A stretch of 63,812 nt of DNA, filler included, from Octopus bimaculoides (Eukaryota): NCBI RefSeq assembly GCF_001194135.2. It is 7 parts of 7 records of this genome, joined end to end, with 100 filler letters (N's around TTAATTAATTAA, not from the genome) between each part and the next. Parts side by side here need not be neighbours in the genome. Positions count along the whole stretch, not along the records: positions 28,498 to 39,653 come from NC_069010.1; positions 39,754 to 43,391 come from NC_069000.1; positions 43,492 to 59,243 come from NC_068996.1; 4 more parts are not named here. One strand, 5' to 3'. Made by a program: the position numbers and the translations under genes. The notes beneath the pieces were generated by a model. The model had not been told where the DNA came from. It saw nothing but the letters and a program-made list of their open reading frames with translations, and ran no database searches. The first letter of the stretch is position 1. The number at the start of each line of letters is the position of its first letter. Of the stretch, positions 38,247 to 51,221 are shown in pieces.

Positions 38247-38295
<49 letters not shown>

Positions 38296-38715
38296 GATAA
38301 TTTCTTTTATATGTCGCCAGGGTGAAGGATGGCAGAGATAAAAAAACACAGACAAATGTAAAATGTGGAGATTTATATATAATGGGATGATAAAAAAAAT
38401 GAGAAATATATATGGTATACATTAAAAGAAGAGAAATGTACATAGTTTTCGGCACTAAGATGAAGGCAAAAAAAAATATAATCGTGATGGGGTCCTCCTG
38501 ATACAGGAGGACCTCTAGGGATAACCAAGGAACCCCACCAAGATCACACTGAATACCAAGGACAAATACCCTCTCCAACCCCTTTCCTCCAACTCACAGG
38601 TCTACACTTAGAGCAGTACCATCCACTCTTGCGATTTTCGCAACTTCCACCCACTTTTTGATAAATTCACTCAAGGACGTTATTATTATTATTATTTTTT
38701 TTTTTTTTATCACAG

Positions 38716-39140
38716 ACGTAAGAGTGGCTGTGTGGTAAGTAGCTTGCTTACGAACCACATGGTTCCTGGTTCAGTCCCACTGCGTGGCATCTTGGGCAAG
38801 TGCCTTCTACTATAGCCTCGGGCTGACCAAAGCCTTGTGAGTGGATTTGGTAGACGGAAACTGAAAGAAGCCCGTCGTATATATGTATTTGTGTGTGTGT
38901 GTGTGTGTGTGTGTGTGAGTCTGTGTATGTTTGTGTGTCTGTGTTTGTCCCCCACAACATCGCTTGACAACTGATGCTGGTGTGTTTACGTCCCTGTAAC
39001 TTAGCGGTTCGGCAAAAAGAGACCGATAGAATAAGTACTAGGCTTACAAAGAATAAGTCCTGGGGGTCGATTTGCTCGATTAAAGGTGGTGCTCCAGCAT
39101 GGCCACAGTCAAAATGACTGAAACAAGTAAAAGAGTATAA
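38716..39140 (+). mobile_element. SINE family A (GAGTGGCTGTGTGGTAAG head, GACTGAAACAAGTAAAAGA tail), near-complete copy
   Basis: A box TGGCTGTGTGG, B box GGTTCAGTCCC, internal (TG)n. Other full or partial copies at about 700-826(-), 2613-2830(-), 4930-5085(-), 23625-24098(-), 28498-28590(-), 29690-29880(-), 33217-33891(-), 42955-43115(-), 47160-47393(+) and 58853-59045(-). Confidence 0.9.
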
Positions 39141-39230
39141 AAGAGTACAGGTTTTGTTGGAACTCCTGAAGTCTTGCATGCATAGTAGGCTTGCTGTCTG
39201 CAGCCTCTGGTACCATACTATCTGTTCTTT

Positions 39231-39415
39231 TCAGCTATCTAATACTTTCCTGATCATTCTGTCCATGCCAAGGAGGTAAACCTCTTGTAATAGTTCTACT
39301 GGGGACTCTATTCCCATTTCCTTTATATTCCTCTTGATGCCTTCTGATGCTATTCCCAAGGACCCAACAATAATTGGTACTATCTTCACCTTCATTTTCC
39401 ATAGCTGGGCTTTCT
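39231..39415 (-). mobile_element. 3' end of an RLE-endonuclease non-LTR retrotransposon (R4/NeSL-like)
   Basis: LWKMKVKIVPIIVGSLGIASEGIKRNIKEMGIESPVELLQEVYLLGMDRMIRKVLDS* fits the C-terminal V.P..IG.LG...LQK..LLG..RI.RKVL pattern. It is interrupted at 39415 by a (GAT)n-tailed repeat. Confidence 0.7.
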
Positions 39416-39753
39416 CTGAGTGGTTGGCATTAGGAAGGGCATCCAGCTGTAGAAACTCTGCCAAATTAGATTGGAGCCTGGTGTAGCCATCCGGTTGCAC
39501 CAGTCCTCAGTCAAATCGTCCAACCCATGCTAGCATGGAAAGCGGACATTAAACGATGATGATGAAGAGGGTATCTTTTTGTCTTACTTCTTGATTATTC
39601 GTGGGTCAAAGGGGCCTACAACGTCAACTATATATATATATATATATATATATNNNNNNNNNNNNNNNNNNNNNNNNNNNNNNNNNNNNNNNNNNNNTTA
39701 ATTAATTAANNNNNNNNNNNNNNNNNNNNNNNNNNNNNNNNNNNNNNNNNNNN

Positions 39754-39812
<59 letters not shown>

Positions 39813-40629
39813 ATATATATGCTTGTATGTATTACATATATTTATTTTATTAATTATATGTATATATACGTACTATATGAAAGTAATATAGTGCTTATGT
39901 CTAAGAATGAGGTTGCCAACCACATTGCGTCAGGTTCAATCCAACTTCACGGTACACTGGGAAAGTGTTTTTAGAGTGAACAATGCCTTGTAAATAAAAC
40001 TTTAGTTTCCGGATATTGTATGGTTACCCTACGAAGCATATTTGAAGAAACCCACCATTTTTGAGCATTCATTAAATCTGGGGCAATTATTTAGAAATTG
40101 ACTTTCTTATTTAAAGAGAGCTTACAGCGTAAATTCGAATAAAAGTTACCATATACCGATCAAATTTGTATATGGTATGATCGGTTGAATTTTGCTAGAG
40201 ATACCGATTCTTTTAAATCCCAAATATCTATGGAAAAGCTTGTTGTAAATTTTTTTTCCAGGTTCTTAAATCAAAGAAATGTTGGGAAAATGTTGATAAA
40301 AGTGAACTGTAAAGATATAAATTTTAGAAGCACCGTTATAGTCGGTTTGAGTTTTAGCACAATAATTTAAAGCTTTCGAAAGATAATTACCATTAATGTA
40401 ACAATTGCTTGAGAGGATACGCTACAAGTTGAAGAAACTATATTAATGTTGAAAACGTTTTTGGAAGTGAAATGGTTTATAAGGCAAGGAACTTAAGTTG
40501 CACATTTATGTATACCTGAGTATTAAGATATTTGAACATAAGCGTCTATGTAAATATCGACATATGTAGAGATCTATGTACACGTGAATATTTTATGTGT
40601 ATTATAATTTCCGTATTTTGATACTCGTC

Positions 40630-40845
40630 CCCTTAACGTAGATCTCAGGGAGATTCAGCTTGACATAGACTGTGGCAGGAATGGCTCTTTGAAAAAACAC
40701 GTGCAACTCATTTTTACCAGCTGAATGGACTGGAGCAACATGCAATAAAAGTGTCTTGCTCAAGTACAGAACGCGCCGCCAAGAATCGAACTCACGACGC
40801 TACGATCGTGTGCTGAATACCTTAACCACTAAGTCATGCGCCTTC
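40630..40845 (-). mobile_element. tRNA-derived SINE
   Basis: Minus strand GGCGCATGACTTAGTGGTTAAGG (A box)..GTGAGTTCGATTCTT (B box)..GCTGAATCTCCCTGAGATCTACGTTAAGGG. Confidence 0.7.
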
Positions 40846-42400
40846 GCGCATGCGTACATTTAGAAACACTGAGAATAGCACATATTCTATAGCATAGTAG
40901 ATGTCAGATAAGATAAGTATTAAAATTATACTATCGATAAAGGCCTAATGTTTCATGTGTTTTCATGCTTTCATCGAAGGAAAGTCTCTAAGGCCGTGTC
41001 CACTATTTATAGTAATTCCGGGTAGCGTAAACTGGTGATACGCAGTGCTGCTTTTATATAAACCTACGGAACAAATTCGACCGAAAAAATGTGTAAGTCT
41101 TCTCGGAAATTCTCTTATAGTTATAACTGTTAATGATTAATATTTGATAGCGCTTGACTTCTCGTTGAAGGAACTGCTAAATATTTAAGTTATATGTTAT
41201 AATACATACAACACAATATCTTTTCGATATAAATAGATTTATATATAAACCTATGAAAGCCTGTCATACTTACCAACATTACGAGGTTGAGAGCTGGAGA
41301 CACACATATGTATAGTTTATTTTAGCTAAAGTGTTTTTTTTTGCGTGACTTGAGTTTCGGGCCACTGCGATAATCAGACACTGTTAAAAGAAAAAGTATA
41401 CTCTGTATCACGGATTGCGTGCATTTTTTACAAATTAATGACGAAAAGTAACTAAAATAACATTTCAGTTTATTTATGTATGTATCTATCTATCTANNNN
41501 NNNNNNNNNNNNNNNNNNNNNNNNNNNNNNNNNNNNNNNNNNNNNNNNNNNNNNNNNNNNNNNNNNNNNNNNNNNNNNNNNNNNNNNNNNNNNNNNNNNN
41601 NNNNNNNNNNNNNNNNNNNNNNNNNNNNNNNNNNNNNNNNNNNNNNNNNNNNNNNNNNNNNNNNNNNNNNNNNNNNNNNNNNNNNNNNNNNNNNNNNNNN
41701 NNNNNNNNNNNNNNNNNNNNNNNNNNNNNNNNNNNNNNNNNNNNNNNNNNNNNNNNNNNNNNNNNNNNNNNNNNNNNNNNNNNNNNNNNNNNNNNNNNNN
41801 NNNNNNNNNNNNNNNNNNNNNNNNNNNNNNNNNNNNNNNNNNNNNNNNNNNNNNNNNNNNNNNNNNNNNNNNNNNNNNNNNNNNNNNNNNNNNNNNNNNN
41901 NNNNNNNNNNNNNNNNNNNNNNNNNNNNNNNNNNNNNNNNNNNNTATATTATATGTGTTTGTGTGTGTGCGTGTGTGTATATAAATATGTGTATATATAA
42001 TGTGTGTATATATATATATGTACGTATGTATGTATGTATGTATGTATGTATGTGTCCGCTACTAGCAATGTGGTCGTGAATTCCTTGGTGGTAGGTAAAT
42101 CACGGATACTGCTCTCAGATACTGAATTCGGAGTTTCTTCATACATTTAGGAATGTGAAGAATTCGATAATATCTCCAATGTCTTACGTAGACATTTGCC
42201 AGGTCAAGTCAGATGAATTGAAGGTAATATCTTCGCGCCTTAGTGATCGCGTATACAATCAAACCGTCTGGACGAGTACAAGGTAGGATAGAAACACTGG
42301 GAAGTCAGATTTTTGAGCCGTTGTTAGAATGTCTTTGGTGCTGTTTCCGTCATGTATGTATGTAACTGTGTGTGTATGTATGTATCTATGCATGTGTGTG

Positions 42401-42432
<32 letters not shown>

Positions 42433-43324
42433 TGTATGTATGTATGTATGTATGCATATATGTATATGTGTATATGTGTGTCTTTATGTATGTGTATGTG
42501 TGTGTCTGTACGTATGTATGTATGAATTTATAAATGTATATAAGTATGCATGTCATTAATTCCGTTTTGTTTCAAGATTTCTTGCCAAAAAAGAAAGAGC
42601 CGGTTTCTAACCTAGATCCAAGGTTCCTTTACTGGAATTTCAGCATCAACAACAAGGTATCTTTGTATGTATGTATGTATATGTGCAGATTTGTATGTTT
42701 TATGTATGTATTCTCATGCAAATAGGTGCATATCTAGACATGCTCATATATTTTCAAATGATAAACTTCTGGAAAGTTTTACAGACTTTTACAGTTCCAG
42801 GGATGGATTGGATCTGTAGTCTTCGAATCAGCTTTCTCCTTTCTAGTTTCGAGAAGCTTTATTTTGCAAGATTGGCAATTAGACAATGTATTACATTTTA
42901 TCCCAGGGCCCAATAATTACAATAGATGTATGCATGTATGTACGTACGTATTCTATTCCTTGCTTTACTTTTATTTGACTGTGACCATGCTGGAGCACCG
43001 CCTCAAAGAGTTAACCTCGAAGAAATCGACCCCCCCCTCCCCCAGGACTCACTCTTTGGAAGCCTAGCACTTATTCTATCAATCTCTTTTTGCTGAACCG
43101 ATATGTTACGGGGACTTCCTCCTCTTCCCTTTCCTCCATCCTTCTCCCTTTCCTCCTCCTCCTCCTCTTCCTCCTCCATGTCGTAAGTGATGATAATCAT
43201 ACAACAACGGCCAGTCTACTTTCAACACTGATATTTCTTTATCAATGAAAAAGGTCAACGGCTTTATCAATTCGAACATTGCAACAACAACAACAACACC
43301 GACAGCAGTAGTAACGTGTCTCTC

Positions 43325-43391
<67 letters not shown>

Positions 43392-43491
43392 NNNNNNNNN
43401 NNNNNNNNNNNNNNNNNNNNNNNNNNNNNNNNNNNTTAATTAATTAANNNNNNNNNNNNNNNNNNNNNNNNNNNNNNNNNNNNNNNNNNNN

Positions 43492-44460
43492 CTTACATCG
43501 CAATAAAACAATTAGCTATATTGTAAAAATTATAATATAAGCTAACAGGAATATTATATGCAAAACTAATTTTAATGAATTTTTCGTTTAAAATACAATT
43601 TGAACGAAGTTTTAGGTTAAAATAATAAAGATAGAAGTAGCACAGATCTAAACAATGCAATAGTTTCAACTAAAATATTTTAGACTGAAACATTTATTTG
43701 AAAGAAGTCTTGTGAAAATATTGCGTAAAGAAAAAGAATAGAATAAGTAGATATAAAAACATGAATGAAAATTTTATTATGAATGAAAGATTAAACTTTA
43801 TATAACTTAAGTCATAATAAAACAATTAACTATATTGTATAATCAAAGAAATTAAATAAAAAGACTAGTCATTTATCCCATAAAATAAAAAGAAATATTA
43901 AACAGTATTAATGGAAAAAATTCAATCCTAATCTAATCGAAGTCTTAGTTTAGGCTAAAATGATACTCTTACTACTAATTAGTTTAGTGTTAAAAAAGGT
44001 ATTGACTAAAATTATCATTAAAAATCAATTGAATAATATAAAAATACATATTATTTTCAAACAATGATATAAAGTCATTTAACAAAGGTAAAAACGACAC
44101 TTATCGCTACGCTGCTGCAGTTTAAACTAAAATTTAAACGTTAAACTTAGAACTAGAGCGTTTATTAGAAAGAGGTCGCGTGAAGATATTACGTTAAGAA
44201 AAAGAATAGAATAAAGAGATATAAAAACTTGAATAAAAGAATTATTTATAAAATTATGAATGAAACATTTAAACTTTATATAACTTACATTGTAATAAAA
44301 CAATTAGCTATATTGTAAAACATTTTAATGAAAGTTAAATTCTAACTAATTATAAATTTTAAATAATAAGACTAAGAAACATAACTTAAATAATATGAAA
44401 TAAGCTAAAATACTATTATCAATTTAATTAATTAAAATATTTATATTATTACTCTTATAA
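43492..44460. repeat. AT-rich degenerate tandem repeat
   Basis: Recurrent blocks TAATAAAACAATTA(A/G)CTATATTGTA (three times) and AAGAAAAAGAATAGAATAA..GATATAAAAAC..TAAACTTTATATAACTTA (twice). Confidence 0.7.
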
Positions 44461-44614
44461 AAATCGTAGTGTCATTAAATCCTTTAACTCACTAAAATAT
44501 TAATGTACCAATTAATACACAATTAATAAATATAAATATAAATTATAACTACTACATTTAGTAAAGAAGGAATAGTATAAACAAACACACACTCACACAC
44601 ACATATATATACAT

Positions 44615-44675
<61 letters not shown>

Positions 44676-45062
44676 NNNNNNNNNNNNNNNNNNNNNNNNN
44701 NNNNNNNNNNNNNNNNNNNNNNNNNNNNNNNNNNNNNNNNNNNNNNNNNNNNNNNNNNNNNNNNNNNNNNNNNNNNNNNNNNNNNNNNNNNNNNNNNNNN
44801 NNNNNNNNNNNNNNNNNNNNNNNNNNNNNNNNNNNNNNNNNNNNNNNNNNNNNNNNNNNNNNNNNNNNNNNNNNNNNNNNNNNNNNNNNNNNNNNNNNNN
44901 NNNNNNNNNNNNNNNNNNNNNNNNNNNNNNNNNNNNNNNNNNNNNNNNNNNNNNNNNNNNNNNNNNNNNNNNNNNNNNNNNNNNNNNNNNNNNNNNNNNN
45001 NNNNNNNNNNNNNNNNNNNNNNNNNNNNNNNNATACGCATATATATATATACATATATACAC

Positions 45063-46449
45063 ATTTTCTGGCAAACAGTGCTTGAGCTCTTTATAAAGGC
45101 AGAGTAAAACTTGTGCTCTTTTGTGAATATTATTTTCTTCAGTCACTGTTACAGTCTTCTTGATAATCATTTCTGCTATCTTTCTCTCGAACCCTAACCC
45201 TAAATTTAGTTTAGGATCCAGAAATTTTTCAATAGAAGCATCCGGATCAACAAATTTGATCAAATTTGAAAGATCTTCAAGTAATTTTGTTTTGTCAACA
45301 GTGTTTGATTCAAACAGTTTATTCTCTTCCTGAACATGTTTTAAATTTGGATGCAAAAATAAAAGGTAAAGTTCATTCCTAGAATCACAAAACGTTTCTT
45401 AGAATTGCAAAACATTTGTGCTGTAAAGCAATTTTCTTTTGTAGTTGTAGTTTGGAAGTAAGTTTGCAATTCAAACCATTGGCTTAAAATTCTATCTACA
45501 GCTGGTTCTATTGACAGCCACCTAGTTGTAGAAGGATTCACGATTCTTCAAAGGCTCTTTATCATTGATAGCCAGCTAAAGTTGTTTGTAGGCACTTTGT
45601 CTTGTTGAAGAATTAGAAAACCATTTATAGGCTTCGGATACTAAAAAATTTTAATTTATGGGTAGGCATTCAGCACAAGTGTGGGATACTGCCAACTGTA
45701 AAGAATGACAAACACATTTAAATAGAAGTAATGATAGAACTTCTTTTAATTTCTGGAAAACACCATTGTTGACTCCTATCATTACTCTAACATTGTCAGT
45801 TCCTACAGCCAGTAAATTTTTTATATCTAATTTCTTTTTTACTAATTCAATTTTTAAGGCACCTACAATGCCATCTGCAGCACATGTTTCTAAAGATACC
45901 ATATTGAGAAATGTATGTACCACTTTTTTGTGAGTGTCACTATAATATATGATGACAATTCCTAACAACTTGTTTATCGATATATCATCTGGATGCGTTT
46001 AATAACAGGCTCAATTTTCTATCTCCTATATCAGAAATCAAATCTCCATCAAAATATGGAGCTAGAACATTTCTTACAATATTTGCACATTTTGTACGAT
46101 GCATCTTCACTTTGGATATGATATCACCATCAGACATATAATTCTTACATAACTCTATTAAGTGATCACAGCTATCAAATGATGAGAGGCAACAAATAAA
46201 CATTGCTAAATTTGCTTCAAGCATAGATGTTGTATCAATTTTGGTTTTAATAAAATTGGTAAGAGGTTTGTTGTGGAGTTGATGCCTTAAGTTTCTTTGC
46301 TTCACAGTGGCTTACTAGAAGAGAATATTTTGCCAACATATTACATCTACAATATCTGCAATGGGGTTTAGATTGGTCACTATGCTGGCATCTTAAGCCA
46401 TTCCTTTCGGAATTTTTGCTGGTACAACTTTGTTTTTTTCTTTGCTCAT
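45063..46449 (-). mobile_element. hAT transposase pseudogene
   Basis: ATG at 46449 (MSKEKK..), CRYC zinc-finger-like start, KMHRTKCANIVRNVLAP, KLSLLLNAS (degenerate first D), GTDNVRVMIGVNNGV, KCVCHSLQLAVS (CxxH), TRWLSIEPAVDRILSQW. Multiple frameshifts. Confidence 0.88.
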
Positions 46450-46613
46450 TATAATGCAGTGGGAAGCAAGAAAATAAATTGAACGATTAATAAAAATATA
46501 AAATTGGAAACATAACTTATCAGTTTGCTGCTAACAATCCTTTCATTAGTCATTAACAATTCTTATGTTTGCTGTTTATAAATTCTTGAGGTGAAGAATG
46601 CTGATTCAGGATG

Positions 46614-47143
46614 CAGGGTGGCCAACTTACAAATGAATTCCTAAAACTGTGTTATGATATAAACCTGGAAACATCATATTTCGCTTCCAATCTTACATTT
46701 AATATCTATTGGAAAAACCACAAATATAANNNNNNNNNNNNNNNNNNNNNNNNNNNNNNNNNNNNNNNNNNNNNNNNNNNNNNNNNNNNNNNNNNNNNNN
46801 NNNNNNNNNNNNNNNNNNNNNNNNNNNNNNNNNNNNNNNNNNNNNNNNNNNNNNNNNNNNNNNNNNNNNNNNNNNNNNNNNNNNNNNNNNNNNNNNNNNN
46901 NNNNNNNNNNNNNNNNNNNNNNNNNNNNNNNNNNNNNNNNNNNNNNNNNNNNNNNNNNNNNNNNNNNNNNNNNNNNNNNNNNNNNNNNNNNNNNNNNNNN
47001 NNNNNNNNNNNNNNNNNNNNNNNNNNNNNNNNNNNNNNNNNNNNNNNNNNNNNNNNNNNNNNNNNNNNNNNNNNNNNNNNNNNNNNNNNNNNNNNNNNNN
47101 NNNNNNNACATATATATATATATGTCGTATATATGTATATATG

Positions 47144-47182
<39 letters not shown>

Positions 47183-48001
47183 ATGCTTGTGTGTCTGTGT
47201 TTGTCCCCCCAACATCGCTTGGCAACTGATGCTGGTGTGTTTACGTCCCCGTAACTTAGCGGTTTGGCAAAGAGATCGATAGAATAAGTACTAGGCTTAC
47301 AAAGAATAAGTCCTGGGGTCGATTTGCTCGACTAAAGGCAGTGCTCCAGCATGGCCGCAGTCAAATGACTGAAACAAGTAAAAGAGTAAAAGAGATATAA
47401 AGGGGGAGACCCCCACCCCCCGTACTTCTATACAAGATATATAATCCAAAACAAGTATGAAAAATCACAGACGTATTTTAAAACAGTCAAACTGAAAGTA
47501 AATCAGTCAAGCTGTCATGATAAAAACCCACCACTACAGAATAAAGCATTGTTAGGACGAATTTCCAGGCTTTCATCCTTTGCAATATATTTACATTATT
47601 GTGTAGTGAGTTCAGGTGGTGACATGAGTTATCTCCCCCTCCCTCACCAGCACCACTCTGTATCTAAGTGGGGGGGGGGGCGGAGGAGTTGGTAAAGTTC
47701 ATAACTTCCTTTTGATAAACTTTCATTTGAAGTTTCAGTGAAGTGAAAGAAAAATTCAACCATAGCCGATAGTACTAAAATTTGGCTAAAGATACTTTAA
47801 CGAAAGTAGAAAAAGAGGGAAAAGAAGAAAAAAGGGTAACTATTGTGGAAATGTCATGATCAGAGAAAAATGCTGAAAAAATGCTAAATAAAATTTTAAA
47901 CTTGCTATTTCCTCTGCTAAATTCTAGATTCAAAAACTTCCTGCTAATAAAAAAGAAAAAATGCTAGATTTAGCGTAAAATATGCTGAACTGGCAACCCT
48001 A
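46614..48001. mobile_element. hAT-like termini (CAGGGTGGCCAAC ... ACTGGCAACCCTA)
   Basis: Imperfectly matching inverted ends at 46614 and about 47989-48001, with subterminal TGCT(A/G)AA repeats near the right end. Whether they belong to one element or to nested elements is unresolved. Confidence 0.45.
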
Positions 48002-48380
48002 GATGCTTGTCTATGAATGGCTATACCCCATAGAAGTGAGACATGGGCTCTGAATGCAGAAGACATGCGTAGACTGGAGAGAAATTAGACAGTATGCTCT
48101 GTTAGATGTGCAACATCAGTGTGCATGTACGACAAAGTGCAAATATATTGAGAGAAAAGCTGGGCATAGGAGGAATCAAATGCAGCATGCATTTGGAGAT
48201 GGTTGATTTGGAGATGTGATGCGTGTGAATGAAGACAGCTGTATAAATAAGGGCTGATCATAGAAAGTGGAGGGTACCCACAGAAGAGGGAGACCCAGGA
48301 AGACATGGTATGAAGTGGTGAGGGTTGATCTCAGGATGTTGGGCCTCACTGAGGAGATGATAATGGACCGAGATGTAATA
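48002..48380 (+). mobile_element. RTE-clade LINE 3' fragment
   Basis: SETWALNAEDMRRLERN and RGRPRKTWYEVVRVDLRMLGLTEEM are typical RTE C-terminal motifs. Confidence 0.8.
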
Positions 48381-49177
48381 TGTGGTTTTTGAAAAGTCCT
48401 GCCCGTCTTAGAAAGACTGAGTTCTAGGAGTGCTGTGTGTTCCTCCCACATGTAACAATGAAAAATAAAATATTTCACTCACTCTGCCCCAATAAACCAA
48501 ACTACATCTCTTATTCACATTTCCTTTTCCATGCCCTACGCTTATCTCTTCCTCCCCACTGTATCATCGCTATTCTGTTGTCTCCCCTTCCTTGATATAG
48601 CCAAGTTTCACCAGTCACTGCATCCCCCACTCTCTTTGCATTCATGTGAACTCTCTACTCATGTACCCTTGGCAATACTCTGCCATTTATATTCTGATCC
48701 CCATACCTTGACGGTATGCCCTCGCACCTCACCACCATCTCTTTTGCACTCTCACCCTCTCTCTCCCTCTCTCTCCCTCTCTCTCCTTCAGTCTGACTGG
48801 GTAACCATGTATCTCCTCTATATCAAGGCCCCTATTTCTGTCAATCTATTTATACTTTAACCTCTCATCACCTGGCACAAGACCACCTTTTCCAATACCT
48901 GTCACCAGTGCTGGTGACTGGCATTTAGAAGGGCGTCCAGCTGTAAAACCATACCAAAACAGGCATTGCTGGTGCCATGTTAAAAGCATTCAGTCCACTC
49001 TGTAAGGTGGTTGCTGTTAGGAAGGACATCCAACAATGGAATCCCTAGCAAAACAAACAGTGAAGCCTGGTGCAACCCTCAGGCTTGCCAGCACCTCTCA
49101 AACTGTCCAACCCATGCCAGCATTAAATGATGATGATGATGGTGATATATATAATTAGATAAAGATAGTTAATACCA

Positions 49178-49284
49178 GTCTATGGGGTCACCCTGAGTTT
49201 TATGTCCGTAAAGCACTTAACATTATGGCATTTCTTCAGACCCTTGTGCTTTATGGATGTAAAACTCAGGGTGACCCCAAAGAC
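49178..49284. repeat. inverted repeat, 39-bp arms
   Basis: 49178-49216 versus the reverse complement of 49246-49284, 4 mismatches. Confidence 0.85.
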
Positions 49285-49429
49285 CAGCTGTATCTGTTGA
49301 ATTACGATAGTCTGCTGTATGACTTAAAGTGTGCTTCTCTTTTGGATTCATGATTTAATGACAAGATATGTATATATATAATCATCATTTATATGCATAC
49401 ACACACACACATGCACATATTATAAATAA

Positions 49430-51120
49430 GAAAACAAAACATCTTTTAGCAGAGGTTCCAAACCTGGCTGAAATAAAAGCGGATATCGGGAAATTAAACA
49501 ATGGAAAGGATCCTGGTAGACATGGATTAGGTGCAGAGATATACAAACATGGTGGTGAACATCTATGTACAATGTTGACAGATGTGATTCAGAGAGTTTG
49601 GCATAGTGAAGCGCTTCCTCAGGATTGGTGTGGTGCAACTGTGGAGATATTCAATGAATGAAAAGGTGGAAAGGATGTTTGTGATAATTTCTGTGGCATC
49701 TGTCTGTTAGCTGTCACTGGAAAGGTCCTTTGTAAGGTAATGCTGGATAGATTGTTTCTGTATATTGTGGAATCACAATGTGAGTTTAGGGGTGGTAGGA
49801 ATACAATGGACATATTTTCAGCTACAAGAGAAGTACATCTAACAAAATATGGACTTATATCAAGTTTTTATTGATCTGATGAAAGAATTTGATTCTTCAA
49901 ATAAGGTTGTACTTTGGGAGATCCTGAAAAAGCTGGGCTGCCCTGAAGAATTCATGAGAATGCTTAGACAATTTCATGGCGAGATGGAGGTGAGAGTTAA
50001 TGCTAAAGGTATCTTATCAGATCCAATTCCGGTAGAAACTGGGGTAAAACAGGATGATATTCTGCTCTTACCTTGTTTGCTCTGTATTTTATAAAAGTCT
50101 TTCAAATAACTTTTGAAGATTGCATTGAAGGGGTCCAGATAAGATATAAGAGAATGAGAAAACTTTTTAATCTCAAAAGACTTTGTGCCAAAATGAATGT
50201 TCTTCATTTTCACATCATTGAGTTCTTGTATGCAAATGATTGTGACCTGTTAGCACAGTTCCAGGAAGATATGCAACACAACGAATGCGATTTATGCAGC
50301 ATTGAGCCTTACAATCAACTTGAGAAAAGCTGTTCTGATGTACCAATATGCCCTCTCTAAACTTTGTATGGAATCTTCTATAACTGTGTCTGGTCAAAAG
50401 TTAGAAATTGTAACTAAATCCATTTATTTAGGAAGTTCCTTTGAGCACTACTGGTCTTGATGATGAAATTTCATATAGAATCATCAAGGCTTGTAATGCC
50501 TTTGGTAGGCTTGACAGGTGTCTCTGGTCATATCATAGTATATCTTGCCAAATTAAAATTAGGGTTTATAACATGTGTGTCCTGCTATCTTTGCTATAGA
50601 GAAGTGAGACATGGGTTGTTTATTGTAGGCATAAAAATATTTGGAACGATTCCATCAATACTGTCTTGGAAAAATTCTTGGGGGAAATTGGAAAATGATG
50701 TGGAGGTACTTGAGTGAAGTGGTAGTAGGAATGTAGAATAAATGATTCTGCAAAGTTGTTTGAGGTGGGGTGGCCATCTGGTAAGAATGAATGATGAAAG
50801 ACTTCCTAAGCAACTTTTGTATGGTGAGGTGGAAGATGGTAAACTCTTGTGAGTTCGCCACCAGCGAACTCACAAGAACGATCCCCTTGTAAATTGTGAT
50901 ACTGGTTACTGTTGACAACAGAACATGTGCAACATGTGGAAAGGTGTGCCTTTCAGCTGGAGGATTGAAAAGACATGTCAAAAGAATTCATACTATGGTA
51001 TCTGTTCCCACTGCCAGCCGGCACAGTTGTGCATTATGCAATAGAATGTGCAAGTCTTTAGCCAGGTTCAAGAGTCATACAAAAGACTCACATTGCATCA
51101 TCAATGACTCGTTTCAATGA
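49430..51120 (+). mobile_element. RTE (BovB-like) LINE relic, reverse transcriptase to C-terminus
   Basis: GKDPGRHGLGAEIYKHGG, LPQDW, FIDLMKEFDS, ETGVKQDDIL, FLYANDCDLLA (degenerate YADD), WGGHLVRMNDERLPKQLLYGE, and C-terminal CxxC..HxxxxH motifs. Many stops and frameshifts. Confidence 0.9.
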
Positions 51121-51221
51121 TTCTTTCTAGCAATGGCTTTGCTTGTATACGAGAAAGAAGCTACTATACACACACACACATACATATTATCCAAACTGTA
51201 TAGTGTTAAATATCCATCACA

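Noticed and set aside
38491-38513. Perfect 10-bp hairpin GGTCCTCCTG-ATA-CAGGAGGACC
   Set aside because: Short and within what looks like a LINE 3' scrap. No terminator or other functional context in a eukaryote.
40147-40185. Two interleaved complementary pairs (TACCATATAC/GTATATGGTA and ACCGATCA/TGATCGGT) resembling a pseudoknot
   Set aside because: Connecting loops would be 0 nt, which is sterically implausible. More likely a local template-switch product or chance.
41274-41293. 20-nt micro-exon-like segment on - (ctccag / gtaagtat)
   Set aside because: Isolated, with no recognisable peptide. Needs junction reads.
49870-49900. CTGATGA followed by an AGAAT/ATTCT stem
   Set aside because: No GAAA or stem III. 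It is the DLMKEFDS (DLTKAFD-type) coding motif of the RTE reverse transcriptase.
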